A DNA stretch of 64,000 bases from Spirochaetia bacterium (lineage in GTDB: Bacteria > Spirochaetota > Spirochaetia > SZUA-6 > Bin103). The DNA lies in NCBI GenBank assembly GCA_965208575.1, contig CBDBOV010000005.1:32001-96000 (forward strand), in the 5' to 3' direction. The notes beneath the pieces were generated by a model. That model was not told where the DNA came from. It worked only from the letters and a program-made list of their open reading frames with translations, and made no database searches. This document shows, piece by piece, positions 1 to 10,044 of the stretch. Made by a program: the position numbers and the translations under genes. The stretch's first letter is position 1; each line of letters opens with the position of its first letter.

Positions 1-441
1 CCGAGCTGGCCGGCGTTGCGCGTCTACTTCGTGATCATCCTGATCCTGTCGATCATCGGCTGGACCGGGCTGGCACGCGTGGTGCGCGGCTACATCATCG
101 CGCTGCGCGAGTCGGACATGGTGGTTGCCGCACGGGTGTCGGGGGCCCGCACCGGACCGATCCTGTACCGCCACCTGCTGCCGGCGTTCCTGAGCTACCT
201 GATCGTGCACCTGACCCTGGCGGTGCCGAGCATGATCCTGGCCGAGACCGCGCTGTCGTTCCTGGGCCTCGGGCTGCGCCCGCCGGTGGTGAGCTGGGGC
301 GTGCTGCTGAGCGCCGCCCAGAACGTCAAGACCGTGTACCTGAACCTGTGGCTGATGATCCCGGCGCTGTTCGTGATCGTCACCGTGCTGGCGTTCAACT
401 TCATCGGCGACGGCATGCGCGACGCCGCCGACCCCTATTGA
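1..441 (+). CDS. Peptide/nickel ABC transporter permease (DppC/OppC-like), 5' end outside the window
   Basis: Frame is open from base 1; EAA-like loop AARVSGA, then ILAETALSFLGLG and the C-terminal FNFIGDGMRDAADPY typical of DppC. Confidence 0.92.
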   Translation, partial: PSWPALRVYFVIILILSIIGWTGLARVVRGYIIALRESDMVVAARVSGARTGPILYRHLLPAFLSYLIVHLTLAVPSMILAETALSFLGLGLRPPVVSWGVLLSAAQNVKTVYLNLWLMIPALFVIVTVLAFNFIGDGMRDAADPY

Positions 442-535
442 TGGGCTGATAGCCGGGTGAGGCTGTACAGCCCGACGCCGCCGCAGTACGCTGATCGAGG
501 CTACGGCGAGGACCGCTCGGCGGCGCAGAGGCAGT

Positions 536-1465
536 ATGGCTATACGAAGGAACTCCAAAGAGTTACGCGCGTGGATCGACGACGCTGTCAGCCTGTCCGG
601 CCACCGGGACGGCGCGGTCCACGCCGCCGCCGGCGACACGCTGGCCGTCACCATGCAGCAGGGTCCGCGCGCGGAGCAGCAGGACTGCGGCGCGGCGCTG
701 CTGTGGGTGCCCCGCTTCGGCTTCTCGCCCCGCTGCGCGGCGGTGATCGCCGACGGCATGGGCGGCATGCAGGGCGGCGGCTGGTCGAGCCGCCACACCG
801 TCCGGGTGGTGGTCGAGCGCTGCCTCGCCGGCCGCCATGACACGCCGCGCGACATGCTGGCCAACGCCCTCGATACGGCCCAGCGGGAAGTGCTGGAAGC
901 GCTCCGCGGCCGCGGCGGCACCACGCTGACCGCCGCGGTGTGGGGCCGGGGCGGCGGCATGCTGGTGCACATCGGCGACACCCGCGCGCACCTGGTCGAG
1001 CCGGGGCGCCCGTTCCGCTGCCTCACCTCCGATCACACCGAGGCCGGGGATGCCGACGCGCTCGACCGCCTGGCCACCGGCCGCCCGGCACTGCCCTATC
1101 GGCCGACCGAGCCCGACAACAGCCTGATCGACGTCATCGGCGTGCCGGACGGCATCCTGTCCGAGCGCCACGTCCTGCACACCCCGCCCGGCGGCCGCTT
1201 CGTGCTGACCACCGACGGCGCCCACGACCCGGTACGGTGGGCGGGAAGCGCCGCCTTCGAGGAAGGGGACGGCGAACCGCCCTGGACCGCGCGGCGCAGC
1301 GTCGAGGCGCTCTCGGAACGCCTCGCCAACGAGGCCCTTACCGACAACGCCGCGGTCGTGGCAATCGAGCCCGGCAGGGCGCTGCGGCACGCAGAGCAGG
1401 AACTGCGCCACGGCGACGTCCTGCTGGTCGGCCCGACGGGAGTGCTGCGCTACACCCTCGGCTGA
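536..1465 (+). CDS. PP2C-family Ser/Thr protein phosphatase
   Basis: Motifs IADGMGG, GGTT, HIGDTR, LTSDHT, LTTDG and DNA occur in the canonical order. Confidence 0.85.
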   Translation: MAIRRNSKELRAWIDDAVSLSGHRDGAVHAAAGDTLAVTMQQGPRAEQQDCGAALLWVPRFGFSPRCAAVIADGMGGMQGGGWSSRHTVRVVVERCLAGRHDTPRDMLANALDTAQREVLEALRGRGGTTLTAAVWGRGGGMLVHIGDTRAHLVEPGRPFRCLTSDHTEAGDADALDRLATGRPALPYRPTEPDNSLIDVIGVPDGILSERHVLHTPPGGRFVLTTDGAHDPVRWAGSAAFEEGDGEPPWTARRSVEALSERLANEALTDNAAVVAIEPGRALRHAEQELRHGDVLLVGPTGVLRYTLG

Positions 1466-1564
1466 TCCTCTCGTGCGCACGATGCATCATCCCGAGCCGA
1501 CGCTCCGGCGTCCCGGCACTCCGGCGCTGACCGCCCGGACTTCGGCCCGGAACTGCGCGGGTCG

Positions 1565-1730
1565 GTGGTTCTGGGCATCCCCAACCAGACGGTGAAGCGG
1601 CTGATGTACGGCTACCTGCGCGACGCCTGGGACGACATGAACGTGTTCTCGACCGACTTCTATGACCTGTTCCGGCTGACCGGCGACATGGCCTACGAGG
1701 GGGCCTGGCGGGCCGCAGTCCGCGGGTGTC
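1565..1730 (+). pseudogene. Internal fragment of an AAA-ATPase/PD-(D/E)XK nuclease-type protein
   Basis: LGIPNQTVKRLMYGYLRD resembles the L-x-IPN-x-E/T-V segment of this family; no start or P-loop. Confidence 0.45.
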
Positions 1731-1789
1731 CGGGCGGCCCGGGCGTGGAACCGCGACGCCGGGCGTCGGTCCATGATAGAAAGGACGGC

Positions 1790-2497
1790 ATGAAGATTCG
1801 CGAACTGCAGCCGCGGCGGCCGGCAGCCGCACTTCCAGGCGCCGGCGGAGCCAATTCGCCGGTGAGCCGTTACCCCGAGACGGGCAACGTCGTGTACCGG
1901 TTCGGCGTGCACCTGCGAGGTACCGACCCGCCGGTCTGGCGGTTGATCGACGTCCCTGCGGAGTACCGTTTCTGGGACCTGCACGTCGCCATCCAGGATG
2001 CGATGGGGTGGCTCGACTACCACTTGCACGAGTTCTCGATCATCGCACCGGACAGCGGCAAACCGGTATCGATTGGCACTCCCGCCTCCGACTTCGGTTA
2101 CGAAAACGACAAAGTGCTCCGGGATTCGGAGTGCGCCATAGCCGACTACTTCCGGTCGCCGGGAGACGAAGCCATCTACATCTACGACCTCGGCGACGGA
2201 TGGCAACACCGACTGGCTCTGAGCAGGGTGCTCCCACGCGAGCCGGGAGTGCGGTATCCGGTTTGCCGCGACGGCGAACGAGCGTGCCCGCCGGAGGATT
2301 GCGGTGGCGTCGGCGGATTCCGCCGCTTCCTCGACATCATGGCGGATCCGGATCACAAGGAGCACAAAGACACGCAGAGGTGGCTGATTGATCATGTCGG
2401 CCGGTACTACCCCTACGATCCGGAAGACTTCGATCCCGCCACGGTCGACTTCGACGATCCGCAGGAGAGATGGCTGCGCGCCTGGGATGATCGGTGA
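1790..2497 (+). CDS. Plasmid pRiA4b ORF-3 family protein
   Basis: PPVWRLIDVP, LHVAIQDAMGWLDYHLHEF, YIYDLGDGWQH, GERACPPEDCGG; RBS-like AAGGA before ATG 1790. Confidence 0.9.
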   Translation: MKIRELQPRRPAAALPGAGGANSPVSRYPETGNVVYRFGVHLRGTDPPVWRLIDVPAEYRFWDLHVAIQDAMGWLDYHLHEFSIIAPDSGKPVSIGTPASDFGYENDKVLRDSECAIADYFRSPGDEAIYIYDLGDGWQHRLALSRVLPREPGVRYPVCRDGERACPPEDCGGVGGFRRFLDIMADPDHKEHKDTQRWLIDHVGRYYPYDPEDFDPATVDFDDPQERWLRAWDDR

Positions 2498-2681
2498 TCA
2501 CCTGCGCCCGGCCCGGTGGATCAGCAACGGTGTGATCCGCCCGCCCCGGTCGCCGCGCGCTCCAGGTGGTCGCTCGCCGGTCGCGTCGCGCTCTACTCAC
2601 CGCCACCGGCCCCGAGTCGCCGCGCCTCGAATGGTGGCGTACCGGATCCGCGCCGAGGGCTCACCGAAAACCCATCTGACA

Positions 2682-3329
2682 TCACTTGATCGCTACCAGG
2701 CACGGCAGGTGCCTCAGGTGGTAGGTGCTGGTGGAGTCGAGGCCGTAGCCGCCTATCCAGGGGCTCTCGCCGTCGACCAGCGGGATCTCGAAGCCGACGA
2801 ACTCGGGGCTGGCCGCGCGCCGCTGGGCCAGCACTTCCCGGTCAGGGTCTTTCGGCAGCTTGTTGAACATGACGCACGCCCTGATGTCCTTGGCGCCCCA
2901 CTCCTGCAGCTTGCCGCGCAGCGTGGCCATGGTGGTGCCCCGGTCCAGGACGTCATCCAGTAACAGCACGCTCTTGCCCCGGACGCCGACCGGCTCCAGT
3001 TGAATGCGTATCGCCTGCTGCTTCTTGCTCTCGTAGGAAGACGCCTTGGTCAGGTCGTACTTGATGTTCAGCGAGCTGCTCCGGGCCAGCGCCCGGCCGA
3101 TGTCGGTGGCCAGGAACACCGCGCCCGTCAGGATCGGCAGCAGGATGAGCTCTTCTTCCTCCGCGTAGATCGTGGCGATCTCTTCGGCGAGCTCGGCCAC
3201 CCTGCGCTGTATCTCATCTTCCGACAGCAGTACGTACGCAATCAACTCCCGTACCTCGGCAGGCGGCACGATACCGAAGTCTTCCAGCGTCACGCCGTCC
3301 TTGGGCTTTGCCGCGGGGATATTGACCAT
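2682..3329 (-). CDS. hpt: Hypoxanthine phosphoribosyltransferase-like type I PRTase
   Basis: LLSEDEIQRRVAELA, ILTGAVFL, PRPP-binding loop VLLLDDVLDRGTT, GGYGLD...LRHLP. Confidence 0.8.
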   Translation of the reverse strand: MVNIPAAKPKDGVTLEDFGIVPPAEVRELIAYVLLSEDEIQRRVAELAEEIATIYAEEEELILLPILTGAVFLATDIGRALARSSSLNIKYDLTKASSYESKKQQAIRIQLEPVGVRGKSVLLLDDVLDRGTTMATLRGKLQEWGAKDIRACVMFNKLPKDPDREVLAQRRAASPEFVGFEIPLVDGESPWIGGYGLDSTSTYHLRHLPCLVAIK

Positions 3330-3354
3330 GACGAATCCTCACGCAACTTCACGA

Positions 3355-3873
3355 TCAGCGCAACCGGCAGTGCGCGGCGACGAGCCGCCCGACTCCGTCA
3401 AGCAGACTATTGCGCTGTACGAGGAGATCAAGCTGACCGTCGATCCCGACCTGGTGGGGCTTCAGGTCCACACCTACATGGCCAAGCGACACAAGGTCGT
3501 CGTGTAGATGCTGATTCCGGTACCACTGGACGACTTCCCGCAGGAGGTATTTCTTCAGGGAACCGATGTTGCCGCTCTTGAACCGTTCCACAGGGTCGAC
3601 AATCGGACCCGGCCGCAGGTCGGCTTCGGGCACGTTGAGCGTCTGATGCGTCCCGTTGGCGGACATCACCAACACCTGCCACGTTGGTGGGACCGGTAAC
3701 GAGAGGTTCTGGACGACAGCCGTCTCGTTCGTTGTTCCGCGTTCGACCGCATGACCTGGAGCGAACTCTACGCGCAACAATGGCGGGTTCAGGACTCTGA
3801 ATTGTGACGGCTTACTCGGGTCATCCCAGCGCACTGTAATGCTTGTCGCTCCAACCTGTTTCGCCGCACTCAC
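3355..3873 (-). pseudogene. Possible N-terminal stub of a RapA/SNF2-like helicase, or an unknown protein
   Basis: DPVERFKSG...LVSLGHVGVDLKPHQVGI resembles the segment leading into the SNF2 Q-motif, but the ORF ends before any Walker A. Confidence 0.4.
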
Positions 3874-3951
3874 CGCACCGCACTCGTTGGTTGCCGGACA
3901 CCGTGATAGTGGGTACGTTTGTGCGAATCGGCAATTCATATCGGAGGAGAC

Positions 3952-4167
3952 ATGCACATTTCCGAGCGAGGTCAGATCACCATACCCAAACCTTTGCGTG
4001 AACGGTACGGGATGAACCATAATGTCGAGGTCGAGATCACGCCGACCGAAGACGGGTTGCTCATACGGAAGCGCACGACCGCCGAGCATCCCGTTGAACG
4101 CGTCTACGGGCTGCTTGGCCACGGGGGAGGCACCGACGACTTCCTTGAAGAGATTCGCGGCAGGTGA
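3952..4167 (+). CDS. AbrB/MazE/SpoVT-family antitoxin
   Basis: ISERGQITIPKPLRERYGM signature; GGAGGAG RBS; GTGA overlap with the PIN gene. Confidence 0.9.
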   Translation: MHISERGQITIPKPLRERYGMNHNVEVEITPTEDGLLIRKRTTAEHPVERVYGLLGHGGGTDDFLEEIRGR

Positions 4168-4571
4168 TTACGGCGGTCGATACCAGCGTGCTGCTGGACG
4201 TGCTCTTGGCGGACAAACAGCACGGCCCATCGTCGAAACAGCGGCTGCGCAGCGCGTACGACCGCGGCGCCTTGATCATCTGTGACGTGGTGTACGCGGA
4301 ACTGGCGCCCACCTTTGACGACCGGGCCGCCCTGGACAACGCCCTGAAGGAGGTCAACGTAGCACTCTCACCACTCGATGCGTCCGTCGCATGGGAGGCG
4401 GGGCGGCGCTGGCTGGGTTACCGACGTGCCGGTGGACCGCGCACGAGGATCCTCCCCGACTTCCTGATCGCCGCCCATGCCCTGAAGAGCGCGGACGTGT
4501 TCCTGACGCGCGACCGCGGATTCTACGAGACCTACTTCCCCGAGTTGAAGACGCCCCAGCCTGAAGCTTAG
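4164..4571 (+). CDS. vapC: VapC/PIN-domain toxin
   Basis: AVDTSVLLD, VYAEL, PDFLIAAHA and LTRD supply the acidic catalytic set. Confidence 0.9.
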   Translation: MITAVDTSVLLDVLLADKQHGPSSKQRLRSAYDRGALIICDVVYAELAPTFDDRAALDNALKEVNVALSPLDASVAWEAGRRWLGYRRAGGPRTRILPDFLIAAHALKSADVFLTRDRGFYETYFPELKTPQPEA

Positions 4572-4603
4572 CCCAACGGTAACCCAGCCGCCCTGCGCCG
4601 CAC

Positions 4604-4948
4604 TCAGCCGACGATGGACGAGACGTCGTACCAGTATATCTGGCGGTTGCCGTCGGGGACGGCGTCGATGGTGAGCGAACGGCCGTCGGGGTGCCAGCGG
4701 GGGTGCAGGTCGCAGCGCACGTCGCCGGTGAATAGCGGCTCGGAGTACATGCCGCCGATGTCGATCAGGCGCCCGCTGGCCATCTCGTACAGCATCAGGC
4801 GTGAAATCCGCTCCACTCCGTGCGGGTAGGTGTCGCATACCAGCCAGCGGCCGTCGGGGGAGAAGCAGGCGTGGCCGTCCTCCGGCAGGAGGCCGCCGCC
4901 GAACGGCGCGAAGTCGCCGCAGTCCACGGTGAAGGTGACGAACTGCAT
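4604..4948 (-). pseudogene. C-terminal fragment of a TolB/oligogalacturonate-lyase-like beta-propeller protein
   Basis: DGHACFSPDGRWLVCDTY and RCDLHPRWHPDG propeller blades; the N-terminal part is missing. Confidence 0.65.
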
Positions 4949-5220
4949 GGCATGGCACCGGTCGCCGACCTCGACGACCTGCCGCTGCTCGACCTCATGA
5001 CCGGTTGAACTGCGGGGCGTCTCCACGGCGGCACTCGTGCAAGCCGCGTTGGAGTACCGGGACGAGGCGGACTTCGTGCGCCGCGTGACCGATTCGGCGG
5101 TAGCACTACCGAAGCCCGGGACGGCCAACCGCCGGGCTCGTTCACGACCGATGCCTGGTTCGCGGCCGTGTGCGCTTTCCGCATCTGGACAGCGGCCGCG
5201 CTGCGCGTCACCATTGCTGC

Positions 5221-6159
5221 ATGGAAAGGACTTCGTTCGGCGACACGGGCCTGAGCGCTACGCCGGTGGGGTTCGGGGGCGCGCCGTTCGCGTTGCTCGG
5301 CACTCCCGCCGCCGAAACCGACGCGCTGCTCGGTGCGCTGCTCGACCTGGGCGTCGGCCTGCTCGACACCGCTGCCGGCTACGGCGGCGGCGACTCGGAA
5401 GAGGCGATCGGGCGCGCCATCAGCGGGCGGCGGGACGAGTACACGCTGGTGTCGAAGTGCGGACGCCGAGTGGACGACACCGACGCCGAGGCGTGGTCGC
5501 CGGCGCTGATCGCCGCCAGCGTCGACCGCTCGCTGCGCCGGATGCGCACCGACCGCGTCGACGTGATGCTGCTGCACTCCTGCGAGCTGGAGATCCTGGA
5601 GCGTGGCGAGGTGTTCGAAGCGCTGCGCCGGGCGCGCGACGCCGGCAAGATCCGCTGCTTCGGCTACTCCGGCGACAACGAGGCGGCCGTCTACGCCGCC
5701 CGCGTGCCCGACGTGGCGGTGATCGAGACCTCGATCAGCATCGCCGACCAGTGCAACATCGACGGTGTCCTGGCGGTGGCGCGGGAGCGCAACCTGGGCG
5801 TGCTCGCCAAGCGGCCCATCGCCAACGCCGCCTGGAAGCGGGCCGAGCAGCAGCCCGGCTTCTACGGCGACTACGCGAGCACCTACCACGGACGCTTGGC
5901 AGCCATGGAGGTCACGCCCGCCGACCTGGGCTACGACGGCGAGCCGGCGGCGGCGTGGCCGGAAATCGCACTGCGATTCACGCTCGCGCAGGAGGGCCTG
6001 CACTCCGCCATCATCGGCACCACCAACCCGGCGCACGTCGAGGCCAACATCGCCGCCGCCGGGAAAGGACCGCTGCCGGAGGACCAGGTGGCCGCGCTGC
6101 GCCGTGCCTTCGCCGCCGCCGAGGGCGCTGCCGGCGAAGCGTGGACCGGGCAGACTTGA
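5221..6159 (+). CDS. Aldo/keto reductase
   Basis: FGDTGLSATPVGFG, LDTAAGY, SEEAIG, SKCG, SLRRMRTDRVDVMLLH, GKIRCFG. Confidence 0.93.
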   Translation: MERTSFGDTGLSATPVGFGGAPFALLGTPAAETDALLGALLDLGVGLLDTAAGYGGGDSEEAIGRAISGRRDEYTLVSKCGRRVDDTDAEAWSPALIAASVDRSLRRMRTDRVDVMLLHSCELEILERGEVFEALRRARDAGKIRCFGYSGDNEAAVYAARVPDVAVIETSISIADQCNIDGVLAVARERNLGVLAKRPIANAAWKRAEQQPGFYGDYASTYHGRLAAMEVTPADLGYDGEPAAAWPEIALRFTLAQEGLHSAIIGTTNPAHVEANIAAAGKGPLPEDQVAALRRAFAAAEGAAGEAWTGQT

Positions 6160-7871
6160 GATTGTCGGAGCTGTTGCGGAGGGCGCCGGCGGCCCGCTCC
6201 GGCCCCCTCGTCCTGGTGGCGGCGCTTCTGGCCGCGGCTGCACCGGCGCGCGCCGACACGCCGGTCACGGTGGAGAGCGTGCCGTTCGCCGCCGACACGC
6301 GCGAGTGCACGGGCGGCTTCGAGATGACGCCGCTGCCGCACTACACGCGCGGGCCGGACGAGTACGTCGGCTTCTTCGAGAGCAACGGCGCCGGGGTGGC
6401 GCTGGCGGACATGGATGGCGACGGGCTCACCGACATCGTGTTCGCGGGCCTGCACGGCCCCACCTCGCTGCTGTGGAACGAGGGCGGCCTGCTGTTCCGG
6501 CGCGGCGACCTGGCCGCGGAACACACCCGCGCCGTGAACGCGGTCGACGTGGACGGCGACGGCCTCCTGGACTTGGTGTTCACGCACTCCGGCGGCCTGC
6601 CGTCGTGGTGGCGCGCCACGCCCGCCGAAGACGCGGAGCGCCCTACCTTCGTGCGCAAGGAGGACGAGGAGTTCCGCGCCTGGTTTCCGGCCTACTCGAT
6701 CGCCTGGGCGGACCTGGACAGCGACGGCGACCTGGACCTGGTGGGAGCCTCCTACGACGCCGAACTCGGCGCCCTGTCGGACGGCATGGTGGTGGGCGGC
6801 GGCGTGTTCTACTACGCCAACGACGGCAGCGGCCTGCTCACCTTCGAGCGCCTGGGCCGCCGCGCCCACGCGCTGGCGATACGCATCACCGACCTGGACG
6901 CCGACGGGCGCCGCGACATCCTGATCGGCAACGACTTTGCACCGCCCGACGTGGTGTTTCTCAACAAGCCCGGCGGCTGGACCGAGGTCGAGCCGTTCAG
7001 CCGCACCCCCACCAACACCATGAGCTTCGCCGAGGGCGACGTCGACAACGACGGCACTCCCGAGCTGCTGGCCACCGACATGAAGCCGGTGGAGCGCACC
7101 GAGACCGTCGACGCGGCCTGGCGCCCGTTCTGGTCCGACACCGCCAACCTGCAGCCCAACGACGGCGTGCAGGTCACCGCCAACGTGTTCTTCTCGCTCG
7201 CCGACAACGCCGCCGGCGAGCGCTTCGCCGACCGCGCCGAGGAGGTCGGCGTCGACGCCACCGGCTGGAGCTGGTCGGCGCAGTTCGGCGACCTGGACAA
7301 CGACGGCTTCCTGGACCTGTACGTGGTCAACGGCATGATCGCCGCGGAGGTGTTCTCGCACCTGCCGGGCGACGCCCTGATCGAGGAGAACCAGGCGCTG
7401 CGCAACACCGGCGAGGGCCGCTTCGTGGCGGCGCCGGAGTGGGGACTGAACGCCACCCAGAGCGGGCGCGGCATGAGCTTCGCCGACCTGGACAACGACG
7501 GCGACCTGGACGTGGTGGTGAACAACCTGTCCGCGGTCTCGATGCTGTTCGAGAACCGCCTGTGCACGGGCGCCGCGCTGGAGGTGGAACTGCACTGGGA
7601 GGGCGTCCCGAACCGCCGCGCCATCGGCGCGAAGCTGCTGCTGCACACCGCCGCCGGCACCCTGTCGCGCGAGATGCGCGCCAGCAGCGGCTACCTGTCG
7701 AGCGACCCCCCGCGCGTGCACTTCGGCCTCGGCGACCCATCCGCCGGCGGCCCGAGCCGGCTGGAGGTGACGTGGCCGGACGGCGCGGTGTCAGGCATCC
7801 CGGCGCCGCAGCCCGGCCACCTGCTGCGGGTCACCCGGCTGCTGCCTGCACGCAGTAACGGCTCGCAGTAA
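6156..7871 (+). CDS. Secreted CRTAC1-like FG-GAP repeat protein with ASPIC/UnbV domain
   Basis: Signal peptide ending APARA; many D-x-D-x-DG-x-x-D repeats; C-terminal AIGAK...SSGYLS...VHFGLG...LEVTWPDG; TTG start overlaps the upstream stop. Confidence 0.88.
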   Translation: MRLSELLRRAPAARSGPLVLVAALLAAAAPARADTPVTVESVPFAADTRECTGGFEMTPLPHYTRGPDEYVGFFESNGAGVALADMDGDGLTDIVFAGLHGPTSLLWNEGGLLFRRGDLAAEHTRAVNAVDVDGDGLLDLVFTHSGGLPSWWRATPAEDAERPTFVRKEDEEFRAWFPAYSIAWADLDSDGDLDLVGASYDAELGALSDGMVVGGGVFYYANDGSGLLTFERLGRRAHALAIRITDLDADGRRDILIGNDFAPPDVVFLNKPGGWTEVEPFSRTPTNTMSFAEGDVDNDGTPELLATDMKPVERTETVDAAWRPFWSDTANLQPNDGVQVTANVFFSLADNAAGERFADRAEEVGVDATGWSWSAQFGDLDNDGFLDLYVVNGMIAAEVFSHLPGDALIEENQALRNTGEGRFVAAPEWGLNATQSGRGMSFADLDNDGDLDVVVNNLSAVSMLFENRLCTGAALEVELHWEGVPNRRAIGAKLLLHTAAGTLSREMRASSGYLSSDPPRVHFGLGDPSAGGPSRLEVTWPDGAVSGIPAPQPGHLLRVTRLLPARSNGSQ

Positions 7872-8031
7872 CGGCTCGCGGCCACGGTTGCAGCGCGCCG
7901 CCGTGTGAACGCGGCGCAGCCGGCGCGGTGCGCGCGCCCCGTCGCAGCAGCGCCCGATGCGACGCGAGTCTGCCGGCCGGCACGGCGCCTGCGCGCGCGG
8001 CCACTCGTCGTGTCTCGCCGGCGCCGCCCGC

Positions 8032-9927
8032 TCACCGGAACAGGTAGTCCGCGGCGTCGGCGGTGCGGGTCTGCTTCCAGAAGTCGAGCAGGCGGAACGG
8101 CCAGTTCTGGCTCACCCGCCCATCCTCGTGCCGGTACCAGCTCCGCACGCCCGGCGCTCCCCAGGCGGTGCGCGCGTTGCCGGCGTCGATCCACTCGTTG
8201 TAGGCGTCGTGCACCTCCTGCCGGCACTCCAGGCTGCCGCTGCCACGGTCCAGCAGCAGCCGCAGGCAGCTCAGGATGTAGTCCACCTCGCACTCCGACA
8301 GGATGATGATGCTGGTGTTCACCACCACGTTGGTGTTGGGACCGTACAGGCAGAACAGGTTGGGGAACCCGGGCATGGTGACGCCGCGGTAGGCGCGCGG
8401 GCTGCCCTGCCAGGACGCGCGCAGGTCGGTGCCGCCGCGTCCGATCACCTGCATCGGGAACAGCATGTCGGTGGTGCGAAAGCCGGTGGCATAGATCACG
8501 GTATCGACGGCGAAGCGGTCGCCGGCGGCGGTTACCGGCCCGTGTTCGCTCATGCGGGAGATCGAATCGGTCACCAGGTGCACGTTGGGCCGCTTCAGGG
8601 TATCGAACCAGGTGCCGTCGTCGTACAGCATCCGCTTGCCGCCCGGCGGGTAGTCGGGGATGCACTTGGCCAGCAACTCCGGATGCTCGCCGAGATGCTT
8701 GCGGGCGTGCCGTTCCAAATTGCGCCGCAGCTTGCGGTTCGCCTTGCCGATGCTGCCCGGTTCGTCCCAGCCGTCGTCGGCGTAGATGTAGTCGAGGGCG
8801 CCCTCGGAAGACATCCAGAACTGCAGCAACCGGTACCATCGCGCATAGTGCGGCAGGTGGTTGAGCAGCCAGTGCTTGCCCTCCGGCACGTCGCGGTGGT
8901 AGTCGGGGCGCGGGTTGACCCAGGGCGGGCTGCGCTGGAACAGGAACACCTCGGCGGCGCCGGGTGCGATGCGCGGCACCGCCTGGAATGCCGATGCGCC
9001 GGTGCCGATCACTGCGATGCGCTTGCCGGCCAGTGCCACGCCGTGGTCCCAGCGCGCGGTATGGAATGACGGACCGCGGAACGCCTCGCGGCCCGGTATG
9101 TCCGGCAAACGGGGCCGGTTGAGCTGGCCGACGGCGCTGATCACCGCGTTGGCGCGCAGCGTGCCCGTGGCTCCACTGCCCACGGCGCGGGTATGGACGG
9201 CCCACACCTGTTCCTGCTCGTCGAACACCAGGCGCTCCACCTCGGTCGAGAAGCGAATGCGATGGCGTATGCCGAGCCTGGTCGCACAATCCTGGAAGTA
9301 GTCGAGCAGCACCGGCTGCGACGAGAAGAACTGCGGCCAGTCGCGTGGCGCGAACGAGTAGGAGTAGGAGTGGTTCGGGGTGTCCACCCGGCAGCCGGGA
9401 TAGGTATTCTCCAGCCAGGTGCCGCCGACGTCGGCGTTCTTCTCGATCACCGTGCAGGAGAGCCCCGCCTGCCCCATGCGGTACGCCGCGAGAATCCCCG
9501 ACATGCCGGCACCGACGATCACCACGTGGAATCCGGCGCGCTTCTGCGGCGCGATCGATTCGAATCCCTCGGCGCCGGTCGGGTGCGGTTCAAGGCCCAC
9601 CTCGCGCAGCAGGAACTCCAGGTAGTCGTCGCCGACCGACTGCCCGACCAGGAAGCTCGCCATGTCGTGTACCTGCGCCGGTGTCGGACGGAAGCGCGGC
9701 GCGGCGCCCTCGTTGCCGAGCGCGGCGATCGCCGGCAGGGCGCGCGACCGTACCTCGGCCTGCTGCTCGTCGGTAAGACCCATCTGCGGGTCTCCCCACA
9801 CCGATCGCGGGCGCAGCGGGCCGTCGAGCAGGGCCAGGTTGCCGGTCAGGTGCACCAGCGTAACCAGCAGCGCGGGAACGTTGGCGTGTTCGAGCGCGGC
9901 GGCAATCGCCTGGCGGTCAGCGCTCAT
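8032..9927 (-). CDS. Type I Baeyer-Villiger monooxygenase (HapE-like, long N-terminal extension)
   Basis: GAGMSG, GGTWLENTYPG, fingerprint FRGPSFHTARWD, GTGASA, ATGF. Confidence 0.92.
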   Translation of the reverse strand: MSADRQAIAAALEHANVPALLVTLVHLTGNLALLDGPLRPRSVWGDPQMGLTDEQQAEVRSRALPAIAALGNEGAAPRFRPTPAQVHDMASFLVGQSVGDDYLEFLLREVGLEPHPTGAEGFESIAPQKRAGFHVVIVGAGMSGILAAYRMGQAGLSCTVIEKNADVGGTWLENTYPGCRVDTPNHSYSYSFAPRDWPQFFSSQPVLLDYFQDCATRLGIRHRIRFSTEVERLVFDEQEQVWAVHTRAVGSGATGTLRANAVISAVGQLNRPRLPDIPGREAFRGPSFHTARWDHGVALAGKRIAVIGTGASAFQAVPRIAPGAAEVFLFQRSPPWVNPRPDYHRDVPEGKHWLLNHLPHYARWYRLLQFWMSSEGALDYIYADDGWDEPGSIGKANRKLRRNLERHARKHLGEHPELLAKCIPDYPPGGKRMLYDDGTWFDTLKRPNVHLVTDSISRMSEHGPVTAAGDRFAVDTVIYATGFRTTDMLFPMQVIGRGGTDLRASWQGSPRAYRGVTMPGFPNLFCLYGPNTNVVVNTSIIILSECEVDYILSCLRLLLDRGSGSLECRQEVHDAYNEWIDAGNARTAWGAPGVRSWYRHEDGRVSQNWPFRLLDFWKQTRTADAADYLFR

Positions 9928-10044
9928 GCCGCGAGTGTCGGCCGCCGGGCCGGCCCCGTCAAGGAGCCCGGCGGGGCCCGGCGGGGCGCGGTTGTCCGCT
10001 CCGGGGCGGATGTATGGTACGCTCCGGCGCAGGAATCGAACGAC

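Noticed and set aside
1565-2497. Single 310-aa fusion ORF
   Set aside because: The 5' part is an unrelated fragment that happens to be in frame; the pRiA4b gene has its own RBS and ATG at 1790.
5037-6155. N-terminal extension of the FG-GAP protein (944-aa ORF)
   Set aside because: It overlaps the aldo/keto reductase in another frame; the signal peptide begins near 6156.
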